A stretch of 32,000 bases of DNA from Synechocystis sp. PCC 6803 substr. PCC-P (GCF_000284455.1 NC_017039.1:2370001-2402000), one strand, 5' to 3'; positions 8,941-18,043 are shown, counted from the stretch's first letter. Numbers and translations: made by a program. The notes: a model not told the origin generated them from the letters alone.

Positions 8941-9579
8941 ATGGCGGCATTATTTATTGTGCTAGAAGGCATTGACGGGTCAGGGAAAACCACCCAAGGG
9001 GATCTCCTGTTGGCCCATTTTCAGCGCCAAGGCCTGGCCGCAGTGCTTAGCCCGGAACCCACCAATGGCCCCGTGGGCCGCTTAATTCGCCAAGCTTTAC
9101 AGGGAGATTTATTTACCTACAACGATGCCCGACAATTTGAAGCCCAGATGGGTTATTTATTCGCTGCCGATCGCCATTACCATCTCTACCATCCAGGGGA
9201 TGGAGTGGAGGCAAAATTAGCCCAACAATGCCACGTAATCACCACCCGCTACTATTTTTCTTCTCTCGCCTATAATTGCCACACAGAGGCCGACTGGGAA
9301 TTTGTTCAACGCTTAAATCAATCTTTTCCCCAGCCTGACTGGGTAATTTACCTAGACCTCCCGGTGGATTTGGCCCTACAACGCCTTGGCGATCGCCAGC
9401 AACTGGAGGACCAAGCCCCGAGGGAATGTTACGAACAACGGGAAAAGCTAATCAGTGTCCACCGCAATTACGACAGAATTTTTGCCCATTACCAGGGCCA
9501 ACTTTGTCGCCTGGATGCCAGCCTGCCGGTGGAGCAACTACACCAAGCCATTATCACCAAAGTTGAGGAAATGCTGTGA
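8941..9579 (+). CDS. tmk: Thymidylate kinase
   Basis: [19 protein letters not shown]-loop at the N-terminus, with SPEPT and DRH motifs. The track ORF start at 8869 would overlap the acylase, so I trimmed it to ATG 8941. Confidence 0.9.
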
Positions 9580-10955
9580 GTAGATTTTGCCCTCGGTTCC
9601 GGTTATGGGGACGGCTAGTGCCGGGAGTAATCCTCGGCCTACTGCTTTTTATCGGATTGGCCCCTTGGGTGCAAGCTCAAATAAAACTTCCCCTAAATTT
9701 TTCCCCACCAATCTTGGTGAGTTCACAGCCCAGTAATGCCCTCAACGTCCAACAGGTAAACGAGCTTACCACGGACCTTGAAGGTAAATGGGCAGGAATT
9801 TACGAAAACTATTTCCAAGAAGATTTCTCTAGCCTGGGTTTAACCACCGAGGAAATTGGTAAAAAATTAGCTTCTCTACAGCAACAAACGGGGCAAAAAG
9901 CGGCCATTTTTTGGATTAATCCCGAAGCAGATGGGGTTTCCATTTGTCTGTTAACCGGCGATCGCCCAACGGTGGGGGTAAAGGTGCTGGATACGGCGGA
10001 ACAAAATTTGATGGCCACCGCGGAAATGTTTGCCCTGCAAGTGAGTGATCCCCGCAACCAAAATTATCGAGCCACCGGCAAAAAGTTATATGACTGGTTG
10101 ATTGCTCCTGTGGCGAACGAATTGAAAGCCAATGCCATTGACACCCTAATTTTTTGTGTGGGTCCTAAACTGCGCTCTCTCCCCTTTGCCGCCCTCTATG
10201 ACGGGGAGAAATTTTTAGCCGAGCAATATGCCATCACCCGTATTCCTGGTTTTAACCTGACAGAGTGGGGCCCCACCGACCTGAGTCAAGCAAGAATTCT
10301 GGCTATGGGATCTTCGGAATTCACGGATGCTGAACCGTTACCGGGGGTGGCTTTGGAGATTGCCAACATTACCCCCCAACCCTGGCCCGGGGTTGCCATG
10401 CTCAACCAACAATTCACGATACAAAATTTGCAGGCGGCCCGCCAACAACAGCCCTTTCCCTTGGTGCATCTGGCCACCCATGCGGAATTTAATGCCGGTT
10501 CCCCCGCCGACTCCTACATTCAGTTTGTTAACAGTCGCTTGAACCTCAAGGAAATTAGGAATTTACAATGGCAGAATCCTCCCGTTGATCTTTTAGTGCT
10601 CAGCGCTTGCACCACTGCCTTGGGTAATACTCAGGCGGAATTGGGGTTTGTGGGCCTGGCTCTGCAATCTGGGGTCAAATCAGCCCTGGGTAGTTTGTGG
10701 CGGGTCAGTGATCTGGGCACCATGGCTTTGATGAGTGAATTTTATTGGCAGTTAAAAGCTAAATCCTTCAAGGCCCAAGCTCTGCAACAGGCCCAAATCA
10801 GGATGATTAATGGGGAAATTAACCTCGATGCTGGAGAATTGCACACTTCCCGGGGGGCGATCGCCGTGGAGGATGAATTATTAACGTTGAGAAATCCCGA
10901 ACTTTCCCATCCCTACTATTGGGCAAGCTTTTCCCTGATTGGCAATCCTTTTTAG
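9576..10955 (+). CDS. CHAT-domain (caspase-like) protease with N-terminal signal peptide
   Basis: 459-aa ORF. The GTG start overlaps the tmk stop (GTGA). Signal-like sequence [22 protein letters not shown]. His-Cys dyad motifs VHLATHAEF (His codon 10479-10481) and [10 protein letters not shown] (Cys codon 10608-10610). Confidence 0.8.
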
Positions 10956-11068
10956 AAGTTACTTCAACTGCTCACCACCACCAGATCCTGGAAAAGATAA
11001 AGCCAAGGGCGATCGCCAAGATTTTGCTAGGATCTGCCTGTTGACCCAACTTAGATCATTAAAAACTT

Positions 11069-11464
11069 ATGTTCTTGCTACACACCATGATTCGAGTGGG
11101 AGATTTAGACAAATCCCTGCAATTTTACTGCGACATTTTGGGGATGAATTTACTCCGCAAAAAAGACTACCCCAGTGGGGAATTTACCCTCGCTTTTGTG
11201 GGTTATGGCAAAGAATCGGAGAACGCGGTGATTGAGTTAACCCATAACTGGGGCACCGATAAATACGATTTGGGTAATGGTTTTGGCCACATTGCCCTGG
11301 GGGTGGAAGACATTTATAGCACCTGCGACAAAATCAGAGATAAGGGAGGGAAAGTGGTGCGGGAACCGGGGCCGATGAAGCACGGCACCACCGTCATTGC
11401 TTTTGTGGAAGATCCCGATGGCTACAAAATTGAATTGATCCAAACTTCCTCAAAGAAAGATTAG
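11069..11464 (+). CDS. gloA: Lactoylglutathione lyase (glyoxalase I)
   Basis: 131-aa VOC-fold protein: [45 protein letters not shown]. Confidence 0.92.
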   Translation: MFLLHTMIRVGDLDKSLQFYCDILGMNLLRKKDYPSGEFTLAFVGYGKESENAVIELTHNWGTDKYDLGNGFGHIALGVEDIYSTCDKIRDKGGKVVREPGPMKHGTTVIAFVEDPDGYKIELIQTSSKKD

Positions 11465-11538
11465 GTTCACACTGCTGAGGTGCAGTCCTAACTTCTATAA
11501 CCATTGCAGTTGAGTAATCTAAGAGCGTGTTTGAAAAG

Positions 11539-11792
11539 CCCCCCTGGCCCCCCAAGTTTGGGGGGAAACTAAGTCAAAGTCCCCCAGTATTGGGGGATTT
11601 AGGGGGCAGAATCAGACTTTATAAACAGGTTCTGAGTACCCGATCGCCGATTGTTTTTGTTAAGGGGACAGGTCTTGCCAGTCCCCCAAACTTACTGGAA
11701 ATTTGGCGAGTTGATGGGGGAAAGTACAAAACTTGCAATGGTTCCCTAGGTAGACAATCCTATCCCTGGGAGGGGATCAAACCGATTGGGGG
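11539..11792. repeat. Cluster of C5-6/G5-6 run palindromes (small cyanobacterial palindromic-element-like sequence) in a convergent intergenic region
   Basis: CCCCCCAAGTTTGGGGGG (11548-11565) and CCCCCAGTATTGGGGG (11581-11596), followed by ATTTAGGGGG. CCCCCAAACTT (11683-11693) is the reverse complement of 11554-11564. Further G-runs occur at 11664, 11715, 11767 and 11787. Confidence 0.5.
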
Positions 11793-12556
11793 GTAGCCAA
11801 CAGCAGTACCCGTTCCAATAATTGGGGGGCAAACCGTTGGCACCACACAGCCAGATGACTCTGCCAACCCACCAAAATTTCACTACGGTTTTGTTTTAAA
11901 CCTTTGACTAAGGATTGGGCCACTCGACCGGCGGTCATGGCTCTGACCCAGCGGAATTTTTGTAAACCCTTGGCCATATCCGTGTCGGTCAGGGTGGGTA
12001 GCAGGGTAACCACAGCGATGTTATGGCGGGCCAGTTCTCCCCGCAGAGCTTGGCTAAAGCCGAGAATGGCAAACTTAGTGGCGGAATAGGTGGCCATGGT
12101 GGGGGCCGCCACTTTGCCCATCAAACTAGAAACGTTGACAATGGTGCCCTCTTTTTGGGAGACCATGCGTCGGGCCACGCAACGGGTGATGCAATACAGA
12201 CCCATTAGGTTAAGGGAAATTTCTTGGTAAACTTCCGGGAAGCGGCTATGGAGAAAGGGATTTTGGTGGGCAACCCCGGCACAGTTAACCAGCAAATGGA
12301 TGGGGCCATGGTCCCGCCAAGTTCTGGCGATCGCCGTGTTGACGGCCACGGGTTGGGTTAGGTCCAGGGGCAAGGCAATGGCCTGTAATCCGGGATGTCG
12401 TTGTTCTAATTCGTCAGCCAATGTTTGCAGACTGGCGTGGTTACGGGCCACAAGGATAATTTTTCCCAGACCTTGTTTGGCTAGTTCTTCGGCGATTGCC
12501 CGGCCGATGCCCCGGGAAGATCCGGTCACTAAAGCAGTTTTGTTGAGTAAATTCAT
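11777..12556 (-). CDS. Short-chain dehydrogenase/reductase (FabG/sepiapterin-reductase-like)
   Basis: TGSSRGIG cofactor motif, NVSS plus the YSATK catalytic tetrad elements, and GGAGG 7 nt upstream of the ATG. Confidence 0.88.
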   Translation of the reverse strand: MNLLNKTALVTGSSRGIGRAIAEELAKQGLGKIILVARNHASLQTLADELEQRHPGLQAIALPLDLTQPVAVNTAIARTWRDHGPIHLLVNCAGVAHQNPFLHSRFPEVYQEISLNLMGLYCITRCVARRMVSQKEGTIVNVSSLMGKVAAPTMATYSATKFAILGFSQALRGELARHNIAVVTLLPTLTDTDMAKGLQKFRWVRAMTAGRVAQSLVKGLKQNRSEILVGWQSHLAVWCQRFAPQLLERVLLLATPQSV

Positions 12557-13178
12557 TGCTTACCTCCTATGGAATATGAGGCGTGTTCTCCCTGGGAATA
12601 GATACGGAACAAATGCCGACAGGGAGAAATTTTTGGGTTAATGGGTTAAGTACGATATTGGAGAAATTGGTTCTCCGTAACCCCAAAGCGGGGCACTAAC
12701 TTTGCATTCCAGGTGCTAGCGGGGAATGGACAAGACAGTGCTATGACCTAGGCCTACCTAGAAATCACGGCCATGGTTCAACCTAAAAGCGATGGGAAAA
12801 ATTAACGAACCAAGGGGAGACAAACGGTGCTCCAGACAATGACGGGCATAATTTTTGACCTAGACCCCGAACCATTGCCTCGAATAGTTCTTCAGTCTGG
12901 GGTGTGGTGGCTTGACTGGCACTGATGCATGGGGAGCATGGTAAACGCCTCCTAAAATTGTTTCAGCGTGGTTAAATGCACTCTCTGAAGCACACGCTAA
13001 CAGATCAAACAAGAAACAGCAACAATTCTTAATATTTCGGGGCCAGTTTGGCGATCGCCCCTGGCTGGAGAGGCAGTTTTTCCTATGTCCTTTGTCGCCC
13101 TGATGTGAGAATTTGGAGTATCCCTTCTGAGATTGCCTGGGCAGTCAGTGATGGGAGGGTCAATTTTTGTTCAGTGCT

Positions 13179-13739
13179 ATGCGTATTTACGGCAATCGCC
13201 TCCTGAAAACCCTACCGGGGCAACAGACTAGACCTACCACAGGGAAAGTCCGCCTGGCATTATTCAACATTTGGCGGGGAGAAATTCAGCACTGCCACTG
13301 GTTGGACCTCTGTGCGGGCAATGGCACCCTGGGGGCTGAGGCCCTGTGTCGGGACGCGGACAAAGTAGTGGCGATCGAGCAGTCTGCCAAAGTTTGCACC
13401 ATCATCAAAGAAAATTGGCAAAAACTAGCGAAGCCTGGGCAACAATGGTCAGTTTTGCGGGGAGATGTGCTGAAATTGCTCCCAAGCTTGGCAGGACAAA
13501 CCTTTGACCGCATTTACTTTGATCCCCCCTATGGCAGTGGACTATACAACCCTGTTTTAACCCTGGTGGGGGAATTGCAAATTCTCAGCCCCACTGGAGA
13601 AATGGCAGTGGAATATGACCGACACCATTGGCAGCCACCGGAGCAGATTGCTGGGTTGGAATTAATGCGTCAAAAAAAATATGGGTTGAGCAATTTAGCT
13701 TTTTATTGGCGGGAGCAAGGGGAAGCTTTGCCGATATAG
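13179..13739 (+). CDS. rsmD: 16S rRNA (guanine966-N2)-methyltransferase RsmD family
   Basis: MRIYGNRLLKTLPG...TRPTTGKVR N-terminus, LDLCAGNG SAM motif and the YFDPPY catalytic motif. The track start TTG 13167 was trimmed to ATG 13179. Confidence 0.85.
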   Translation: MRIYGNRLLKTLPGQQTRPTTGKVRLALFNIWRGEIQHCHWLDLCAGNGTLGAEALCRDADKVVAIEQSAKVCTIIKENWQKLAKPGQQWSVLRGDVLKLLPSLAGQTFDRIYFDPPYGSGLYNPVLTLVGELQILSPTGEMAVEYDRHHWQPPEQIAGLELMRQKKYGLSNLAFYWREQGEALPI

Positions 13740-13859
13740 TATTCTAGGTTGGCCCACCGCCGGATTGTGAAGTTTTGTTGTGAAGGGCGATCGCCGGGTG
13801 CGGCCCTGGATAGTGCCTTCTATTTTGTTGATGTTGATCTGATTTACCCCCATCTAGCC

Positions 13860-14996
13860 ATGCGTGTTGCCCTGTTTACGGAAACCTTTTTGCCCAAAAT
13901 TGATGGAATTGTCACCCGTCTGAAGCACACAGTGGAAAATCTGCAACGCCAAGGGCATCAGGTATTGGTCTTTTGTCCAGAGGGGGGGCTCAAGGAATAT
14001 AAAGGGGCAAAAATCCATGGAGTGAAGGGCATGCCTTTACCCCTTTACCCAGAACTAAAACTGGCTTTCCCGTCGCCCCAAATTAAACAGGCCCTGCTGA
14101 AATTTCAACCAGACCTAATCCATGTGGTCAATCCAGCGGTATTGGGCTTGGGAGGCATCTATTACGCTAAAAATTTGCATATTCCCCTAGTGGCTTCCTA
14201 TCACACCCATTTACCCCAATATTTGCAACATTATGGTCTAGGGGCCCTGGAAGGGGTGCTGTGGGAACTGTTAAAACTGGCCCATAACCAAGCGGAATTA
14301 AATCTTTGCACTTCCTCCGCCATGGTGCAGGAATTAGTCAACCACGGCATTGAACGGGTGGATTTATGGCAACGAGGGGTAGATACGGAACTGTTTCAGC
14401 CCCACCTGAAATCGGCCCAAATGCGGCAAAAACTGTCCCAGGGTCACCCTGACGATCCCCTATTTTTATATGTTGGTCGGGTTTCGGCGGAAAAACAAAT
14501 CGATGAAATTAAGCCAGTGCTCGAGGCCATTCCCCAGGCCCGGTTGGCGATCGTGGGGGATGGACCTAACCGAAAAAATTTAGAAGCCCATTTTGCTGGC
14601 ACTAATACCTATTTTGCCGGCTATATGCAGGGATTAGAGTTGGCGGCGGCCTTTGCTTCCGCTGATGCGTTCATTTTTCCTTCCCGTACTGAAACCCTGG
14701 GCTTAGTACTTTTGGAAGCTATGGCGGCGGGCTGTCCCGTGGTAGCGGCGGCCTCTGGGGGCATTTTAGACATTGTCACCGATGGTGAAAACGGTTACCT
14801 GTTTGATCCCGCTGTGGCAGGGGGAGTGGTGCAAGCCACCCAAAGGTTAATGTCCGCCCCTGGCGATCGAGAACTCTTGCGACAAAACGCTCGGCAAGAA
14901 GCGGAACGATGGGGTTGGCCAGCGGCCACCAGACAATTGGTGGACTACTACCAACTGGTAGCCTATGGGGAAAATGACGCTCCGTTAGCGGCTTAG
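13860..14996 (+). CDS. sqdX: GT4 glycosyltransferase, sulfoquinovosyl-diacylglycerol synthase SqdX-like
   Basis: MRVALFTETFLPKIDGIVTRL N-terminus and C-terminal TETLGLVLLEAMAAGCPVVAA (the E-x7-E region of GT-B/GT4 enzymes). The track start at 13749 is an upstream extension without domain content. The sqdX name is from memory of SQD2/SqdX sequences. Confidence 0.8.
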   Translation: MRVALFTETFLPKIDGIVTRLKHTVENLQRQGHQVLVFCPEGGLKEYKGAKIHGVKGMPLPLYPELKLAFPSPQIKQALLKFQPDLIHVVNPAVLGLGGIYYAKNLHIPLVASYHTHLPQYLQHYGLGALEGVLWELLKLAHNQAELNLCTSSAMVQELVNHGIERVDLWQRGVDTELFQPHLKSAQMRQKLSQGHPDDPLFLYVGRVSAEKQIDEIKPVLEAIPQARLAIVGDGPNRKNLEAHFAGTNTYFAGYMQGLELAAAFASADAFIFPSRTETLGLVLLEAMAAGCPVVAAASGGILDIVTDGENGYLFDPAVAGGVVQATQRLMSAPGDRELLRQNARQEAERWGWPAATRQLVDYYQLVAYGENDAPLAA

Positions 14997-15104
14997 GGTA
15001 TAGCTTGCCACCCTCTGACTGTAGACAACAACTCGCTAAACCGTTACCAATCCTCGCAAACTTTCCCTCCAAACTTCGGGAAATTGGGGGGCATTTAAAC
15101 TCCG

Positions 15105-15136
15105 AAAAAAATTTCCCCCGGCACAACCAAGGGGAA
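15105..15136 (-). terminator. Rho-independent terminator candidate downstream of gnd (possibly bidirectional with sqdX)
   Basis: On the minus strand: TTCCCC, a 12-nt loop, GGGGAA, then A followed by TTTTTTT. The plus-strand arms are at 15113-15118 and 15131-15136. Confidence 0.5.
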
Positions 15137-15251
15137 GAATACAATTATTTTTTCAAGAATGCCGAGGGCCTTTTGGATCTTTACCCCCATTCAGAACTTG
15201 ACTGAATTTCTTCCCAGGGTTGGGAGAGTAATAATTGTGGCAAACAAAAAA

Positions 15252-16700
15252 TCAATCAAGCCATTCCGTGTGGAAAAATTCTCCCCTCGGCTTATCAGTC
15301 CGTTCATAGGTGTGGGCCCCAAAGTAATCCCGTTGCGCTTGAGTCAGGTTTTGGGGAAGCACCGCCCGCCGGTAACTGTCAAAGTAATCCAACGAGGAAC
15401 TAAAGGCCGGCACTGCAATGCCCATTTCATTGGCCAGCATCAACACTTCTCGCCATGGCCCCTGGCGATCCAAAATACTTTGCTTGAATTCCGGAGCTAG
15501 AAGTAAATTGGGCAACTGGGGATTGTCTTTAAAAGCTTTCTTGATCTTGTCTAAAAAGCCAGCTCGGATAATGCAACCCCCTTTCCAAATGCGGGCAATT
15601 TCCGGCAGGTTAACGTCGTAGCCAAATTCCTGGGAAGCTTTGGCAATTAGGGCCATGCCCTGGGCATAGGAACACATTTTCGAGCAATAGAGGGCATCCC
15701 GCACCTTAGGAATCCAGGCTTCTACGTCCCCACTAAAGGTTTTACTGGGACCCGACAGTTGACCGGAAGCGGCCACCCGTTCTTCTTTGAGGGAAGACAT
15801 TACCCTGGCGTTAACGGCGGCGTAAATAGTGGGAATGGGCACTCCTAATTCCAAACCACTCATCACCGTCCAGCGTCCTGTGCCCTTTTGGCCGGCGGCA
15901 TCAAGGATGTAGTCAATTAAATGGCCTCCGGTTTCGGGATCCTTTTTAGCAAAAATGTCGGTGCTGATTTCAATCAGGAAGGAGTTTAACTCATCGGTTT
16001 GATTCCATTGGCCAAAAACTTCGTGGAGTTGTTCGTTGCTCAAGCCGAGGCCATTTTTCAAGATGTCGTAGGCTTCAGCGATTAGTTGCATATCGCCATA
16101 CTCAATGCCGTTGTGGACCATTTTGACGTAATGTCCTGCTCCCCCTGGGCCAATAAAAGTCACACAGGCGGGATTATCGGGGTCTTCCACCTGGGCGGCA
16201 ATTTTAGTCAGAATGGGTTCCAATTCTTTGTAGGCGGCCGGGGTACCACCGGGCATCAAACTAGGACCCAGTAATGCGCCTTCTTCCCCTCCACTGACTC
16301 CCATGCCGACAAAGCCCAGGCCGGTGGCTTCCAAATCTTTGGTGCGACGTTCCGTATCTTCATAAAGGGAGTTGCCACCATCAATGATCATGTCCCCTTC
16401 TTCCAACAGGGGCTTCAACTCATTGATCACTGCATCCACGGGTCCCCCAGCTTTGACCATTACAAGGATTTTACGGGGGCGTTCCAACAGTTGGACAAAT
16501 TCTTCTACGGTGTAGGCGGCTTTGATATCTTTGCCCACAGCCCGTTCGGCCATGAATTTCTCAGTTTTGTTGGGGGAACGGTTAAACACGGCGATGGGAA
16601 AGCCTCGACTTTCCACGTTGAGGGCAAGATTTTCCCCCATTACCGCTAGTCCAATTACCCCAAAAGTTCGCTTAGTCATAATAGCTACGTTAAATTGCAC
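15252..16700 (-). CDS. gnd: 6-phosphogluconate dehydrogenase (decarboxylating)
   Basis: 482-aa [22 protein letters not shown]-binding fold, and IIDGGNS and [11 protein letters not shown] motifs. The GTG start is at 16700; an in-frame ATG at 16679 ([10 protein letters not shown]) is an alternative. Confidence 0.95.
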   Translation of the reverse strand: MQFNVAIMTKRTFGVIGLAVMGENLALNVESRGFPIAVFNRSPNKTEKFMAERAVGKDIKAAYTVEEFVQLLERPRKILVMVKAGGPVDAVINELKPLLEEGDMIIDGGNSLYEDTERRTKDLEATGLGFVGMGVSGGEEGALLGPSLMPGGTPAAYKELEPILTKIAAQVEDPDNPACVTFIGPGGAGHYVKMVHNGIEYGDMQLIAEAYDILKNGLGLSNEQLHEVFGQWNQTDELNSFLIEISTDIFAKKDPETGGHLIDYILDAAGQKGTGRWTVMSGLELGVPIPTIYAAVNARVMSSLKEERVAASGQLSGPSKTFSGDVEAWIPKVRDALYCSKMCSYAQGMALIAKASQEFGYDVNLPEIARIWKGGCIIRAGFLDKIKKAFKDNPQLPNLLLAPEFKQSILDRQGPWREVLMLANEMGIAVPAFSSSLDYFDSYRRAVLPQNLTQAQRDYFGAHTYERTDKPRGEFFHTEWLD

Positions 16701-16889
16701 AGTCGGGCAAGGTTAATTTCCTTAAGGGTACATCGCATTTTTTGTTTGCTACCCCTGGGGCAAAATTTTTCTCCCTTTGCTTCCATTCTGACCCGGCTTA
16801 GTTTGGCGGTGGCTAGGTTCATCGGCGATCGCCTTTTGATCCGTAGATATTATTCTTAGTTAAATGGCTCTGGCTCTGGCGATCAGAGT

Positions 16890-17309
16890 TTATAAAGAAA
16901 TTTCTTCGTGGGTCAAAGCAATTCCTTCGTCTTTACAGGTTTGTTTGATAAGAATTAGCTGACTGGGCTTAATGGCTCCAAAAAGATGAATCCTCAACGA
17001 ATGATTGGTGTAATATCTGCCATAACTTTTGACTTGCCCGATCGCCGCTTTCCAGTTCTTGGCGGTCTTGACTTCAATAATTTCGGTCTTGGTCAGAATA
17101 TCTATCCTGCCAACGGGGGTTTGAACTTCGATGTCTCCCCCCAATTTTTTCGCTAACCTTTTTTGATACCAAGACTCAGGATGCTTTTGTCCACTGGGAA
17201 AACTTTCCCCCAATGTGACTTTTTTCTCCCTTTCCTGCCCATTAACTGCATCGATGAGATCCCTAACGAATCCCCTAACAAGACTCTGGAATGGATCTGG
17301 TTTGGGCAT
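16890..17309 (-). CDS. Small PD-(D/E)xK (restriction-endonuclease-fold) nuclease-like protein
   Basis: 139-aa ORF. An ordered E-containing helix (ESWYQKRLAKKLGG) is followed by GRIDIL, IIEVK and IGQVKSY. This is the D...ExK...Q/Y layout seen in NucS/Mrr-like nucleases. The ATG overlaps the upstream TAA (TAATG at 17307-17311). Confidence 0.6.
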   Translation of the reverse strand: MPKPDPFQSLVRGFVRDLIDAVNGQEREKKVTLGESFPSGQKHPESWYQKRLAKKLGGDIEVQTPVGRIDILTKTEIIEVKTAKNWKAAIGQVKSYGRYYTNHSLRIHLFGAIKPSQLILIKQTCKDEGIALTHEEISL

Positions 17310-17728
17310 TATTCACCGCCAAACATTTTGTACAGCCCATAGCCAGCTAATCCAACTACCGCACCAGCGGCGGCGATCGGGGCCATTCCTATTCCTATGG
17401 CCGTTCCAGTAAGAGCTAATCCCATTCCACCTAATGCCGCAGATGTCCCTGCTCCAACTACCGCACCAGTAGCAATTGCCCCAACTGCCATTGGATCTTG
17501 ACCTTCGATTGCTTTTTTTGCTCCAAAGGCGGCAGACCCAACCACCGCACCAGCGGCCGCAACTGGGGCCATCCCTATGCCAATCCCGGCCCCGGCAACG
17601 GTTAATCCCATCCCTCCAATAGTTGCGGAAAGTCCAGCCCCAGCTACAGTCCCGACTGCAATTGCACCAGCCGCAATATCGGTATCGTCAATTTGACTGT
17701 TTTCTTGATTCTCGTTTTTGTTATCCAT
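17309..17728 (-). CDS. Glycine-zipper (GxxxG/AxxxG-rich) membrane protein with internal tandem duplication
   Basis: The maximal ORF reaches TTG 17818 (169 aa); I prefer ATG 17728 (MDNKNENQENSQIDD). There are two ~52-aa Gly/Ala-rich repeats with a 62-aa period, each able to form a helical hairpin. Confidence 0.6.
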   Translation of the reverse strand: MDNKNENQENSQIDDTDIAAGAIAVGTVAGAGLSATIGGMGLTVAGAGIGIGMAPVAAAGAVVGSAAFGAKKAIEGQDPMAVGAIATGAVVGAGTSAALGGMGLALTGTAIGIGMAPIAAAGAVVGLAGYGLYKMFGGE

Positions 17729-17840
17729 GGTGGAGAGTCTGTTGGGATATGTGTTTGTGATGGAAACTTGAAGATTAAACGGCGATCGCCTATTGGACTG
17801 TGAACTTTCTGAGGGCAACTAAATTTGAAACTTAGAAAGG

Positions 17841-17869
17841 TTAATACTGGTTTTTAGAAAGATTGTCGA
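17841..17869 (-). promoter_or_regulatory. Promoter candidate for the glycine-zipper/nuclease pair
   Basis: On the minus strand: TCACA-like -35 read as TCGACA (17864-17869), 17-nt spacer, TATTAA (17841-17846). Confidence 0.35.
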
Positions 17870-17889
17870 GCAATTGTCCTATTTCACTT

Positions 17890-17917
17890 TTGATAATTCA
17901 GTATATTTTGCTACAAT
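17890..17917 (+). promoter_or_regulatory. Promoter candidate for the SGNH hydrolase gene
   Basis: TTGATA (17890-17895), 16-nt spacer, TACAAT (17912-17917), within an A+T-rich divergent intergenic region. Confidence 0.45.
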
Positions 17918-18043
17918 TTTATGTTTCTTTACCTTTTGTCCCCTACCAAATGGCGATCGCCTCGATGATTGTGGCTTGATCAACTTCGAGGTCATTAGAT
18001 GTGGGTATAGTTATTGAGTTTGGTTTAGGGGAGGTTCACCCCA

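Noticed and set aside
11527-11796. An 89-aa plus-strand ORF (MFEKPPWPPKFGGKLSQSPPVLGDLGG...).
   Set aside because: It is a translation of the G-run/C-run palindromic element. The PPxxGDLGG-type peptides are the usual artefact of such repeats. The ORF also overlaps the 3' end of the convergent SDR gene.
13749-13859. A 37-codon upstream extension of sqdX starting at a non-ATG codon.
   Set aside because: GT4/SqdX proteins begin at the MRVALFTETF strand of the first Rossmann fold. The extension is Cys/Arg-rich and contains a HIP1 site typical of spacer sequence.
15005-15205. A 66-aa plus-strand ORF in the sqdX-gnd convergent spacer.
   Set aside because: It has a non-ATG start, no SD and no recognisable motif, and it spans the terminator hairpin at 15113-15136.
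13790-16820. A HIP1-free 3-kb stretch considered as a possible horizontally acquired island.
   Set aside because: It encodes the core genes sqdX and gnd, with ordinary composition by eye. Absence of perfect HIP1 sites over 3 kb is within plausible fluctuation.
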